55,283 nucleotides of DNA from an uncultured bacterium (GTDB lineage: Bacteria > SAR324 > NAC60-12), in NCBI GenBank assembly GCA_965662845.1, contig CBFIJD010000019.1, forward strand, positions 1-55,283, written 5' to 3'. The translations under genes and the position numbers were made by a program. Every line of letters starts with the position of its first letter. The stretch's first letter is position 1. The notes below the pieces were generated by a model. That model was not told the DNA's origin, did not search any database, and was given only the letters and a program-made list of their open reading frames with translations. Below are positions 28,152 to 36,206 of the stretch, one piece after another.

Positions 28152-28888
28152 ACGTCTCCTGAAGTGTGCAAGTGTTGGCGACCATCGGCGAGCCGCACCC
28201 GCAAGAATCCATGCTCATGCAGGCCCTCCACGATCCCTTGTAGCGTCCCCTGTACCGTCTCTAAGTGAACGGCTTGTCCCTGCAGCTGCGCGCCTTGTTC
28301 CCATTCCTGTAACAAAATGGCGGGGCCGTGTCGCTTCAGCTCTTGCGAGATGGCCTGCAGCTCATCTAACCAACTTTGGAGCACCAACGCCACCGATGGC
28401 GCCTGTTGCAGCTCGCGCGCTAGCGTCGTGACTTTGTGCTCCAGATCTGGGGGAAAGTCGTGAGGGCTTCCATGGATGTTGACGCCGATCCCAATAATCA
28501 GACTCTGTAAATCCGCAACGCGCCAAGGGCCACTCTCTACCAAAATACCAGCCACTTTCCGCGCACCAATCCAGACGTCGTTGGGCCACTTCAAGCGGGC
28601 GTCAGATACGCCCAGCCGGCACAAAACGCGCCACAAAGCGAGACCACTCCACAACGCCCACATCGGCTGCCGGACTGGGGCGTCGTTCGTGTGAATGACC
28701 AGCGAAGCCGTGAGCGTCCCACCTGGCAAGCTGTGAAACGCTCGACCTGCTCGACCGCGTCCAGCGGTTTGTTGTTCTGCCACAACGACCAAACCATGCT
28801 GGGCGCACAGTTCTTCGCGCTCTCGCAAGTAGCTGTTCGTAGATGCAAGCGTTGCAAAACGCAACAAAGGCTCTCCCCAACGCGCCAT
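28127..28888 (-). CDS. birA: Biotin--[acetyl-CoA-carboxylase] ligase (no HTH)
   Basis: 'STN', 'QTAGRGRAGR', 'KWPND', 'KVAGILVE', 'GIGVN'. Confidence 0.96.
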   Translation of the reverse strand: MARWGEPLLRFATLASTNSYLREREELCAQHGLVVVAEQQTAGRGRAGRAFHSLPGGTLTASLVIHTNDAPVRQPMWALWSGLALWRVLCRLGVSDARLKWPNDVWIGARKVAGILVESGPWRVADLQSLIIGIGVNIHGSPHDFPPDLEHKVTTLARELQQAPSVALVLQSWLDELQAISQELKRHGPAILLQEWEQGAQLQGQAVHLETVQGTLQGIVEGLHEHGFLRVRLADGRQHLHTSGDVWWSEHKA

Positions 28889-28890
28889 CG

Positions 28891-30153
28891 CTACTTCAAG
28901 GCAAAGTGATGGATCGTCAACCCATTGGCGAGCGCTTGCCCTTCGCTATCTCGACGAACTTGCACAACCGCGCTTAACTCTGCGCGGACGTTGTCAACCT
29001 CTGCGATCAGTCGGATTTGATACCAGCGGCTGAACGTAATGAAGAATTGGTCGACGTTGCGCGGTAGCCCCTGCGTCGTGGGGTCAGCGTCCAGAGCATC
29101 CAAAATCTCACCGGCGCGACGATATTCCACCGGCACGACAAGGCCCAAGGGGCCGGTCGGTTCCGGCTCGCGCTTGAGCACTGCGGCGATATTTGCCGCA
29201 TTTACAACGTACTCCTGCATGCTTGTGCTCCCGTTGAGGACCGCTTGTTGGTCATGTCGCTGTAAAAACTCTACAATCTCAGCTTCCGTAGCTAAATTCA
29301 CGTTGATGCGCGCTTCGCCTTCCAACGGGGCCGCGCTGCGATCTCCGACCGGATACACAGTGAAGTATCGCTCCCAAGACTCCCACTGAATGCCGCTCGC
29401 GCGCACCCCTTGAATCAGACGCAGCTCGGTGAGTTGATCCAAGCCCCGATTTTTGACAATGCGCTCGCCGCCGTAGTCCAGATAATTGACTTGCTCGGCG
29501 CCAAGTGTCCCCGCTATCGCAGAAGTGTAGGGGGCGTCATTGTCTTTCACGTCCATCCAGTCGAAGAGGCTGCCGTAGAGTTGCAGGATTGTCAGCTCGT
29601 CCAAAAAGTAGGGTTCCGGCGCCACGCCTTCCGACTGGGCCACGGTCTCGTCGATGATGGGAAAGCCAGCAACAATCTGAAAGAACTGAGCGCGGGCTTC
29701 TGTGTCGGGCACGCTGTCCGGTTCCGTAATGTTGCGCGGCTGAATGCGGTTCAGATTGAACAGGTGGTCAATTGGGCGAATGTAGGGGGTGTAGAAGGTG
29801 ATGTTTTCAAAGTCTTCTAGCAATCCAGGGGGCAACGGGCTGGGCGAGGACGGCGTGAGAATCGAGGCATTGCTCGCTCCCGTGAACGCGTTCAGCTCCT
29901 GCAACACTTGCAAATCTTGACGAAACAAGGCCAGCTCATCGCGCGTTTGCAGCCCCTCCAACACCGCTTTGAATAACGATTTGACGGCATTGCGTGCCTG
30001 AAACGAAGCCTGAAAGTTGCGGATGCCGCGAGTCTCTAGCGTGGTCTCGAACGAAAACTCGACCATAAAGAGCGACATTAACGTGAGGATGACCAGCGTT
30101 AGTAACAGCGCGATGCCACGCGGACGGCGAGTAGGGCGGGAGAATAGAAGCAA
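28891..30153 (-). CDS. gspK: Type II secretion minor pseudopilin GspK
   Basis: Prepilin-like 'RGIALLLTL', 'FNLN', 'DWMD', 'KN..LDQLTELRLI.G', 'RINVNLA'. Confidence 0.85.
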   Translation of the reverse strand: MLLFSRPTRRPRGIALLLTLVILTLMSLFMVEFSFETTLETRGIRNFQASFQARNAVKSLFKAVLEGLQTRDELALFRQDLQVLQELNAFTGASNASILTPSSPSPLPPGLLEDFENITFYTPYIRPIDHLFNLNRIQPRNITEPDSVPDTEARAQFFQIVAGFPIIDETVAQSEGVAPEPYFLDELTILQLYGSLFDWMDVKDNDAPYTSAIAGTLGAEQVNYLDYGGERIVKNRGLDQLTELRLIQGVRASGIQWESWERYFTVYPVGDRSAAPLEGEARINVNLATEAEIVEFLQRHDQQAVLNGSTSMQEYVVNAANIAAVLKREPEPTGPLGLVVPVEYRRAGEILDALDADPTTQGLPRNVDQFFITFSRWYQIRLIAEVDNVRAELSAVVQVRRDSEGQALANGLTIHHFALK

Positions 30154-30162
30154 AACAGATGT

Positions 30163-31215
30163 TTAGACAGAGCGTTGGAGATGTTCATTGATGCGTCGCG
30201 GGATGTCTTCGAGCGCCAGCACTTCATCGGCGAACCCTGCTTTGTAAACGCTGCCGGGCATGCCCCACACAACCGAGCTGTGTTGATCTTGCACCAGACA
30301 CGTGACGCGGTTTTTACGCAAGGTCTGCATTCCGTCGGTGCCGTCCCGCCCCATGCCGGTCAAAATCACGGAGAGGACGGGATCATGAACAGCTTGTGCC
30401 ACAGAGGAGAACAGCACATCCACCGCAGGGCGGCAGTTGCACACGGGTGGCCCATCGTCTTGGCGCAGCTCATATCCTCCCCCGACGCGCAACAGCTTCA
30501 TGTGTTGTCCCCCTTGCGCCAGGTAAATGACCCCAGGCCGAGGAACACAGACGCCACGGACTTCTTCAACTTCCATCCCCGATTGGTGTCGCAAATTGGC
30601 AGCCAGCAGCTCCGTGAAGCGTTGCGGCATGTGCTGCACAATCAAGGTCGGCACCAATAGCGGTCGACGCAGATCACGCAAAACCGTTTGCAGCGCCTCC
30701 GGTCCCCCCGTCGAAGAGCCGATCAGAAGCCACTTGTAATATCCTGATCGCGGCGACGCGCTAGGAGGCCGGCTCCCAGACAACAACGACGCGCTGCTTT
30801 GTGCGGGCCGAGCGCTGGTTTGTGGTCGCTGGGGCGGGCGGTTGAACAGATAGCGATTGGTCTCTTGTTCCACGACTTGAAGTTGCCGCTGCGCAATGTC
30901 TTGCAGCTGCGTCGCGAGTTCTTGTTTGTGCCGCACCTCCCAGCGGTTGGGGAGGGAGAGGTGCGCGTTGCGCGTTCCCGCAATCAGCACCTGCGCCATC
31001 GGAAAGCGCAAGCGGAGGTCGGTCGCCTGCGCGAAGAACTTCTCGCTCAGCAAAATCAAGTTAGGATCTTTAGGCAAGACCTTGTGCAGCGCGGCGTCCA
31101 AGCTGTTGCAGCTGCCGATGACATGCAGTTGCGGCACAGCTTGCGCGATCTCCATCAGGTGCCGTCGATTGTCGAGGTCTGGATCGACGAGCAACAAACG
31201 TAATGTCGTTTCCAT
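30163..31215 (-). CDS. cheB: CheB methylesterase with degenerate receiver domain
   Basis: 'GSSTGGP', 'VQHMP', 'RPAVDVLF', 'LTGMGRDG', 'SVVWGMP'. Confidence 0.9.
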   Translation of the reverse strand: METTLRLLLVDPDLDNRRHLMEIAQAVPQLHVIGSCNSLDAALHKVLPKDPNLILLSEKFFAQATDLRLRFPMAQVLIAGTRNAHLSLPNRWEVRHKQELATQLQDIAQRQLQVVEQETNRYLFNRPPQRPQTSARPAQSSASLLSGSRPPSASPRSGYYKWLLIGSSTGGPEALQTVLRDLRRPLLVPTLIVQHMPQRFTELLAANLRHQSGMEVEEVRGVCVPRPGVIYLAQGGQHMKLLRVGGGYELRQDDGPPVCNCRPAVDVLFSSVAQAVHDPVLSVILTGMGRDGTDGMQTLRKNRVTCLVQDQHSSVVWGMPGSVYKAGFADEVLALEDIPRRINEHLQRSV

Positions 31216-31242
31216 CAACACATGCGTAGGAGGGTGAAAAGC

Positions 31243-33909
31243 TCAGGAGGGGGTGCTGAGCCCAGGAGGCGCCGTTTGCGGGTTGCCCTGACGGAAGCGC
31301 TCGAACTGCTCGAGCAAGTAAGGATATCGCTCTGAACTTTGCGGAGTGATCAGGATCGCTTGTCGGATGGTTTGCAGAGCTTGTTGAGGTTGCCCAGATT
31401 GAAAATAGGCCTCCGCCAGCGTGTCTAAATGATCGACCGACGCTTGAAGTTGAACCGCGCGTTGCGCCATCGAGAGCGCTTCTTGGATGTTGCGCAGCTC
31501 CGGATCGACGGCGGTGAGATAGGTCCACGCCAGGTTGTTCAGGCTCGGTGCATGGTCGGGCTGCAAGGCGAGCACTTGCTGGTAAAGGCGAATCGCTTCT
31601 GGCTCTTCTTGCTGCATGGTTTTGAGGACCGCCAACCGGAAGGTTCCCCACACCGCCTGCGGAAACTCTTGCAGAAACCGCGCATGATGCTGCTGGCTCT
31701 TCTGCAGTTGAGACATGTCTGCATACACACTGCCGAGTCTGGCGTGCGTCCAAACGTGGTGCGGATCCTCTGTGAGCACACTGCGATACAAAACTTCTGC
31801 GCGGACAAACTCTTGGCGGGCTTCTGCTTCCAGCGCTAAATGAAAGCGCAACCACAGCGGCGCCTCCAACGCCGCCGGCAATGCCACATCCCCAAAGTTG
31901 GGGGGACTCTCCATTTGCAGTTGGCGGAGTAAATTTTTCAGGACGCTTGCCGCAGGTTCCTCTAAAGAAGACTGGCGCAGGTGCTGTCGTGCGGTCTCAA
32001 ATTGCAGGGAGACCACCGCATCTAAGATGTGGCGGGTTTGCGCATGTTGGGGCCCAAACCACTGTTGTTGTTCATTTTGAGGGCGTAGCAACAAGTATTG
32101 ATACCAAGACCACAAGTTCCAGTCGTGTTGCAAGAGGGCACGCTCTAGGAGCTTCTCTGCCAAGTGCGGCTGGTTGAGTTTCCGGTAAGCTAAGGCCTGA
32201 TGATTCAACAGCGCCGCGCCGTGTTTGCGTTGGTCTAGCAAGCGGAACAAGTCCAGCGCGGCTTGCCACTCGCCTTTGCGCTCATGAAGGCGCCCTCTCA
32301 AGAGCAGCAGGGGCTCGGCGGTGGGGTGCCGTTGCAGCGAGCTTTCCAACACCATTTCGGCCTGCGCAGACTCCTCATCACCCAAGTAGATTTGCGCAAG
32401 TTGCACCGCGGCCCAGATGGAGTCAGGGTGCGCTTGGAGCATTTGCCGCAAATCGGGAACCACCGCAGCTTCTCCGAGGCGCTGGCGCCGCAGCTCGATC
32501 CATTGTTGATGCACCACCGGGCTGGCTTCTCCCTCTGCGAGCCGTTGTTCTAGGCGTTGTTCGGCGGGTTGAGTCTCTCCGAGCCGTCGTTCTAGTTGGA
32601 CTAATTGCAGGAGCCGTTCTTCATTGGTTGGATCGGCTTGCCAGAGCTGCTGATACAATTCTCGTGCGTCATGGAAGCGTCGCGTCCGCTCGTAATAGGC
32701 GGCTAAACTTTGCATCAAGTAGCTCTCGTTCGGAAAGCGTTGAACTGCCCGCTGCATCAGCGCCTCGTACTCATCGAAACGCAGGTTGTTGAGATAGAGC
32801 GCGGCCAGCACCTGATGCAGCGCTAAGGTCTGCTTGTCTGGATGTTCGATCCAGACCTCATAGAGCCGGATGGCAGCGGCCCCCTCTCCTCTCTGTTCAT
32901 AGGCCGCAGCCAATTGACGCAAGGCCCACGGATTCTCTGGATTGTCTTGCAGGCCAGAGCGCAACAGAGGGATGGCCTGGTTCCAGCGCTGGGCCGACAA
33001 GTGCAACAACCCAAGGCGCAGCTGCGCCCAGCGATAGTTGTCGCGACGCTCTAAGGCTTCTTCTAACAGCTCCCGCCCTGCTTGTTCTTCCCCGCCTTGC
33101 CACAGGACGGTTCCAGCGTGTGCGAGCGTCCAAGGATCTTCTGGGAATTGCTCTAGCATCACGCGCATGCTTTGCCGCAGGTCGCGCAGTTGTGCGTCCT
33201 GACCTCGCTCAATTTCTTCTTCGAGTAATGACGCATACATCTGGAGCATCGGATAGTCGTGCGGCTCTAGTTGCAGAGCGGTTTTCAAGGCGTTCAGCGC
33301 TTTTTGGTTTTCGCCCGCTTGCTTCCAGAGGACGGCAATTTGTCGCCAAATTGAGGCTTGATCAGGATTGATTTGCGCCGCTTTGATGAACGCGCCCAGC
33401 GCCTTTTCCGGCTGCTGCTCGTTCATGTAGAGCACCCCGCGCCAGAAGTGCGCTTCCGCTAAGTCGGGCTCCCGCTGCAGCGCTTCTTCGAGATCCGCGA
33501 AGGCTCCCGTGGCGTCTTGGGACTGAGCCCGCAGCTGCGCGCGGTCTAAGTACAACAGCGCAGAGTCCATTTGTTCCAGCCTCTCGTCATTGTAAAACGC
33601 CAGCGCCTGCTCGGTTTGCCCCGCGGTGTGATAGAGACGACCCAGCGACGAAGCGATTTGCTCCGACTGCGGCACATTGCGCAATCCAGCTCGCAGGGTC
33701 TCTTTGGCCGCAGCGTAGTTTTGTTCTTTCTGATAGAGAGAGGCCAACCGCAGGTACCCCAATTCGTTGCGGGGAGACATCAACAGCGCTTCACGATGTG
33801 CATATTCTGGCGTGTTGATCGCGGGTTCTCCGGAGTGCGTGCAAGCGGCTCCACTGAGCGCAATGGCGATGAACACGGCAGGAAGAAAGCGGGCGGAACG
33901 TAGTCGCAT
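31243..33909 (-). CDS. Large tetratricopeptide-repeat lipoprotein
   Basis: Signal with lipobox-like 'LSGAAC' from ATG 33909. Many TPR helices. C-terminal 'LNNLAW...LDTLAEAYF'. Confidence 0.85.
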   Translation of the reverse strand: MRLRSARFLPAVFIAIALSGAACTHSGEPAINTPEYAHREALLMSPRNELGYLRLASLYQKEQNYAAAKETLRAGLRNVPQSEQIASSLGRLYHTAGQTEQALAFYNDERLEQMDSALLYLDRAQLRAQSQDATGAFADLEEALQREPDLAEAHFWRGVLYMNEQQPEKALGAFIKAAQINPDQASIWRQIAVLWKQAGENQKALNALKTALQLEPHDYPMLQMYASLLEEEIERGQDAQLRDLRQSMRVMLEQFPEDPWTLAHAGTVLWQGGEEQAGRELLEEALERRDNYRWAQLRLGLLHLSAQRWNQAIPLLRSGLQDNPENPWALRQLAAAYEQRGEGAAAIRLYEVWIEHPDKQTLALHQVLAALYLNNLRFDEYEALMQRAVQRFPNESYLMQSLAAYYERTRRFHDARELYQQLWQADPTNEERLLQLVQLERRLGETQPAEQRLEQRLAEGEASPVVHQQWIELRRQRLGEAAVVPDLRQMLQAHPDSIWAAVQLAQIYLGDEESAQAEMVLESSLQRHPTAEPLLLLRGRLHERKGEWQAALDLFRLLDQRKHGAALLNHQALAYRKLNQPHLAEKLLERALLQHDWNLWSWYQYLLLRPQNEQQQWFGPQHAQTRHILDAVVSLQFETARQHLRQSSLEEPAASVLKNLLRQLQMESPPNFGDVALPAALEAPLWLRFHLALEAEARQEFVRAEVLYRSVLTEDPHHVWTHARLGSVYADMSQLQKSQQHHARFLQEFPQAVWGTFRLAVLKTMQQEEPEAIRLYQQVLALQPDHAPSLNNLAWTYLTAVDPELRNIQEALSMAQRAVQLQASVDHLDTLAEAYFQSGQPQQALQTIRQAILITPQSSERYPYLLEQFERFRQGNPQTAPPGLSTPS

Positions 33910-34081
33910 GAGAGAGCAGAAAGCTAGATGATGGCGGGGAGAGAGCGCTTTGAAAAAGCAGTGGCGGCGCAAACCATTGCTTGTAATTCGAACCTCATCT
34001 CTGTACAAACGGTCGCTTCGTTCGTCAGAAAAAAGAAACGTATCATACCGAAACCTCCCGCCGGAAATAAAGAATTTTTCG

Positions 34082-35428
34082 ATGTCCATGATCCTGACTC
34101 TGCGTGAACAAGCCGAGCAAGCCCGCCGCGCGTCACATCTATTGAGCAACCTCTCTACCGAACAGAAAAATCAGGCGTTGTGCGCCATCGCGAAAGCGCT
34201 CCGCTTGCAGCAACACAAGATCTTGCAAGCGAACGAAGTCGACCTCGATAACGCGCGCAAACTGCTGGCAGAAGAAGAGATCACGCAGAGCACTTACCGT
34301 CGGTTGATGCTAAATCCAGACAAAGTTGAGCAGATGGCCCGCAATTTAGAGAGTGTGGCCGCGTTGCCTGATCCTGTTGGAGTGCAGCAGATGGGGACTC
34401 GCCTGGACGACGACTTAGATTTGTATCGCATCTCATGCCCGATCGGCGTGTTGCTCGTGATCTTTGAAGCGCGCCCTGAAGTCGTGATTCAGATCTCTGC
34501 GCTGACGCTCAAATCCGGAAACGCCGTCATTTTGAAGGGGGGCAAAGAAACGCAGCACTCGAACGCGACCCTCTTTCAAATTGCGGAGGAGACTCTGCGG
34601 CTCTTTGACGAGATCCCTGCTGGCAGCGTGAACCTGTTGCAAAGCCGAGAAGCGGTCTCCACCATTGTGCAAATGAATGATTGCTTGGATCTCATCATTC
34701 CGCGCGGCAGCAACGCCTTGGTGCAGCACATCCAACAAAATTCCAGAGTCCCCGTCCTCGCTCACGCAGACGGCATCTGTCATGTGTATTGGGATGCCGA
34801 GGGAGATTTGCGCAAGGCGCGTGAAATCATCGTCGATGCGAAGACGGAGTATCCAGCGGTCTGCAACGCGATGGAGACTCTGCTGGTGCATCAGGGGGTG
34901 CCTGAAGAGCACTTGGGCAAAGTCGTGACAGACCTCCATCGCGCCGGGGTGGAGCTGCGCGTGTGTGAACAGACGCGCTCCCGTTTGCACGGTCTTGCAG
35001 AGATTTCCTTGTCTGACGCCACAGAAGAAGACTGGCACACGGAATACACAGACATGATTCTCTCGATCAAAACGGTCTTTAACGGAGAAGCTGCGCTGCA
35101 ACACATCCATCAGTATGGCTCGGGACACACCGACGCGATCATCACCGAGAACAAGATCTGCGGTGAGTGGTTCCTGAACCAAGTCGACAGCGCAAACGTT
35201 TTTTGGAATGCTTCGACCCGATTTGCCGACGGCTTCCGCTACGGCTTCGGCGCTGAAGTGGGCGTGAGCACTTGTAAAACGCACGCTCGTGGTCCAGTTG
35301 GACTCGATGGGCTGGTGATCTACAAATACAAACTTTATGGCAACGGACAGGGCGTAGCCCGCTACCACGCCGGCGGTCGCGCTTATCAGCACACACCCCT
35401 GCCCACGCCTCAATCTGCGTCCCGCTAA
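34082..35428 (+). CDS. proA: Gamma-glutamyl phosphate reductase
   Basis: 'IFEARP', 'KSGNAVILKGG', 'CNAMETLL', 'NASTRFADG', 'HARGPVGL'. Confidence 0.97.
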   Translation: MSMILTLREQAEQARRASHLLSNLSTEQKNQALCAIAKALRLQQHKILQANEVDLDNARKLLAEEEITQSTYRRLMLNPDKVEQMARNLESVAALPDPVGVQQMGTRLDDDLDLYRISCPIGVLLVIFEARPEVVIQISALTLKSGNAVILKGGKETQHSNATLFQIAEETLRLFDEIPAGSVNLLQSREAVSTIVQMNDCLDLIIPRGSNALVQHIQQNSRVPVLAHADGICHVYWDAEGDLRKAREIIVDAKTEYPAVCNAMETLLVHQGVPEEHLGKVVTDLHRAGVELRVCEQTRSRLHGLAEISLSDATEEDWHTEYTDMILSIKTVFNGEAALQHIHQYGSGHTDAIITENKICGEWFLNQVDSANVFWNASTRFADGFRYGFGAEVGVSTCKTHARGPVGLDGLVIYKYKLYGNGQGVARYHAGGRAYQHTPLPTPQSASR

Positions 35429-35441
35429 CTAAGGAGGAGAC

Positions 35442-36086
35442 ATGCGCATCATCCTTTTAGGCCCCCCAGGCTCAGGAAAAGGTACTCAAGCTCAAAACCT
35501 AATGAACGATCACGGCATCGTACAGCTCTCTACAGGAGACATGCTGCGCGCCGCCGTCGCTGCCGGCACTGATGTCGGCAAACAAGCGAAAGCCGCGATG
35601 GATGCCGGGGCCCTCGTCTCCGATGAGATTGTCGTTGGCATCATTCGAGATCGCATCCAAGAGCCTGACTGCGAGCAGGGCTATCAGCTCGACGGGTTTC
35701 CGCGCAATGTGGCGCAAGCCGAAAAGTTAGACGACATGCTGACCGAGAGCCAACAGTCGATTGACTATGTGATTCAACTAGAAGTGAACGACGAAATCCT
35801 CGTCGAACGCGTCTGCGGACGCCGCATTCACAAGCCGAGCGGGCGCACCTATCACATCGCCTTCAATCCCCCCAAAGTGGAAGGAAAAGATGATGTCACC
35901 GGCGAAGATTTGATCCAACGGCCTGACGACAACGAAGAGACGATCCGCGAACGTCTACGCACCTACTACGAACAAACCCAGCCCCTCGTCGACTACTACC
36001 GTCAGCGCGGCCTCCTGCACACAGTCGATGGGATGCAGGCACTCGATGACGTGTACGCCAGCATCCGCCAAATCCTCGGTAAGTAA
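35442..36086 (+). CDS. adk: Adenylate kinase
   Basis: 'GPPGSGKGTQA', 'STGDMLR', 'LDGFPR', long LID. AGGAGG SD. Confidence 0.98.
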   Translation: MRIILLGPPGSGKGTQAQNLMNDHGIVQLSTGDMLRAAVAAGTDVGKQAKAAMDAGALVSDEIVVGIIRDRIQEPDCEQGYQLDGFPRNVAQAEKLDDMLTESQQSIDYVIQLEVNDEILVERVCGRRIHKPSGRTYHIAFNPPKVEGKDDVTGEDLIQRPDDNEETIRERLRTYYEQTQPLVDYYRQRGLLHTVDGMQALDDVYASIRQILGK

Positions 36087-36101
36087 TCCAACCCTTCCAA
36101 C

Positions 36102-36139
36102 AACTTGCGTCCCACTTTTTGCATTGGGGGACGCAAGTT
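36102..36139. terminator. 12-bp perfect hairpin downstream of adk
   Basis: AACTTGCGTCCC-14 nt-GGGACGCAAGTT. Confidence 0.55.
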
Positions 36140-36206
36140 CGGACCGTCGAACTCGCTTGACTCCTCTCCCTAGTCTTTTGCAACCCCACAACCCGGGCCA
36201 TATCGT

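Noticed and set aside
34433..35413. 326-aa minus-strand ORF
   Set aside because: Lies wholly antisense to proA, has no motifs, and is expected in GC-rich DNA.
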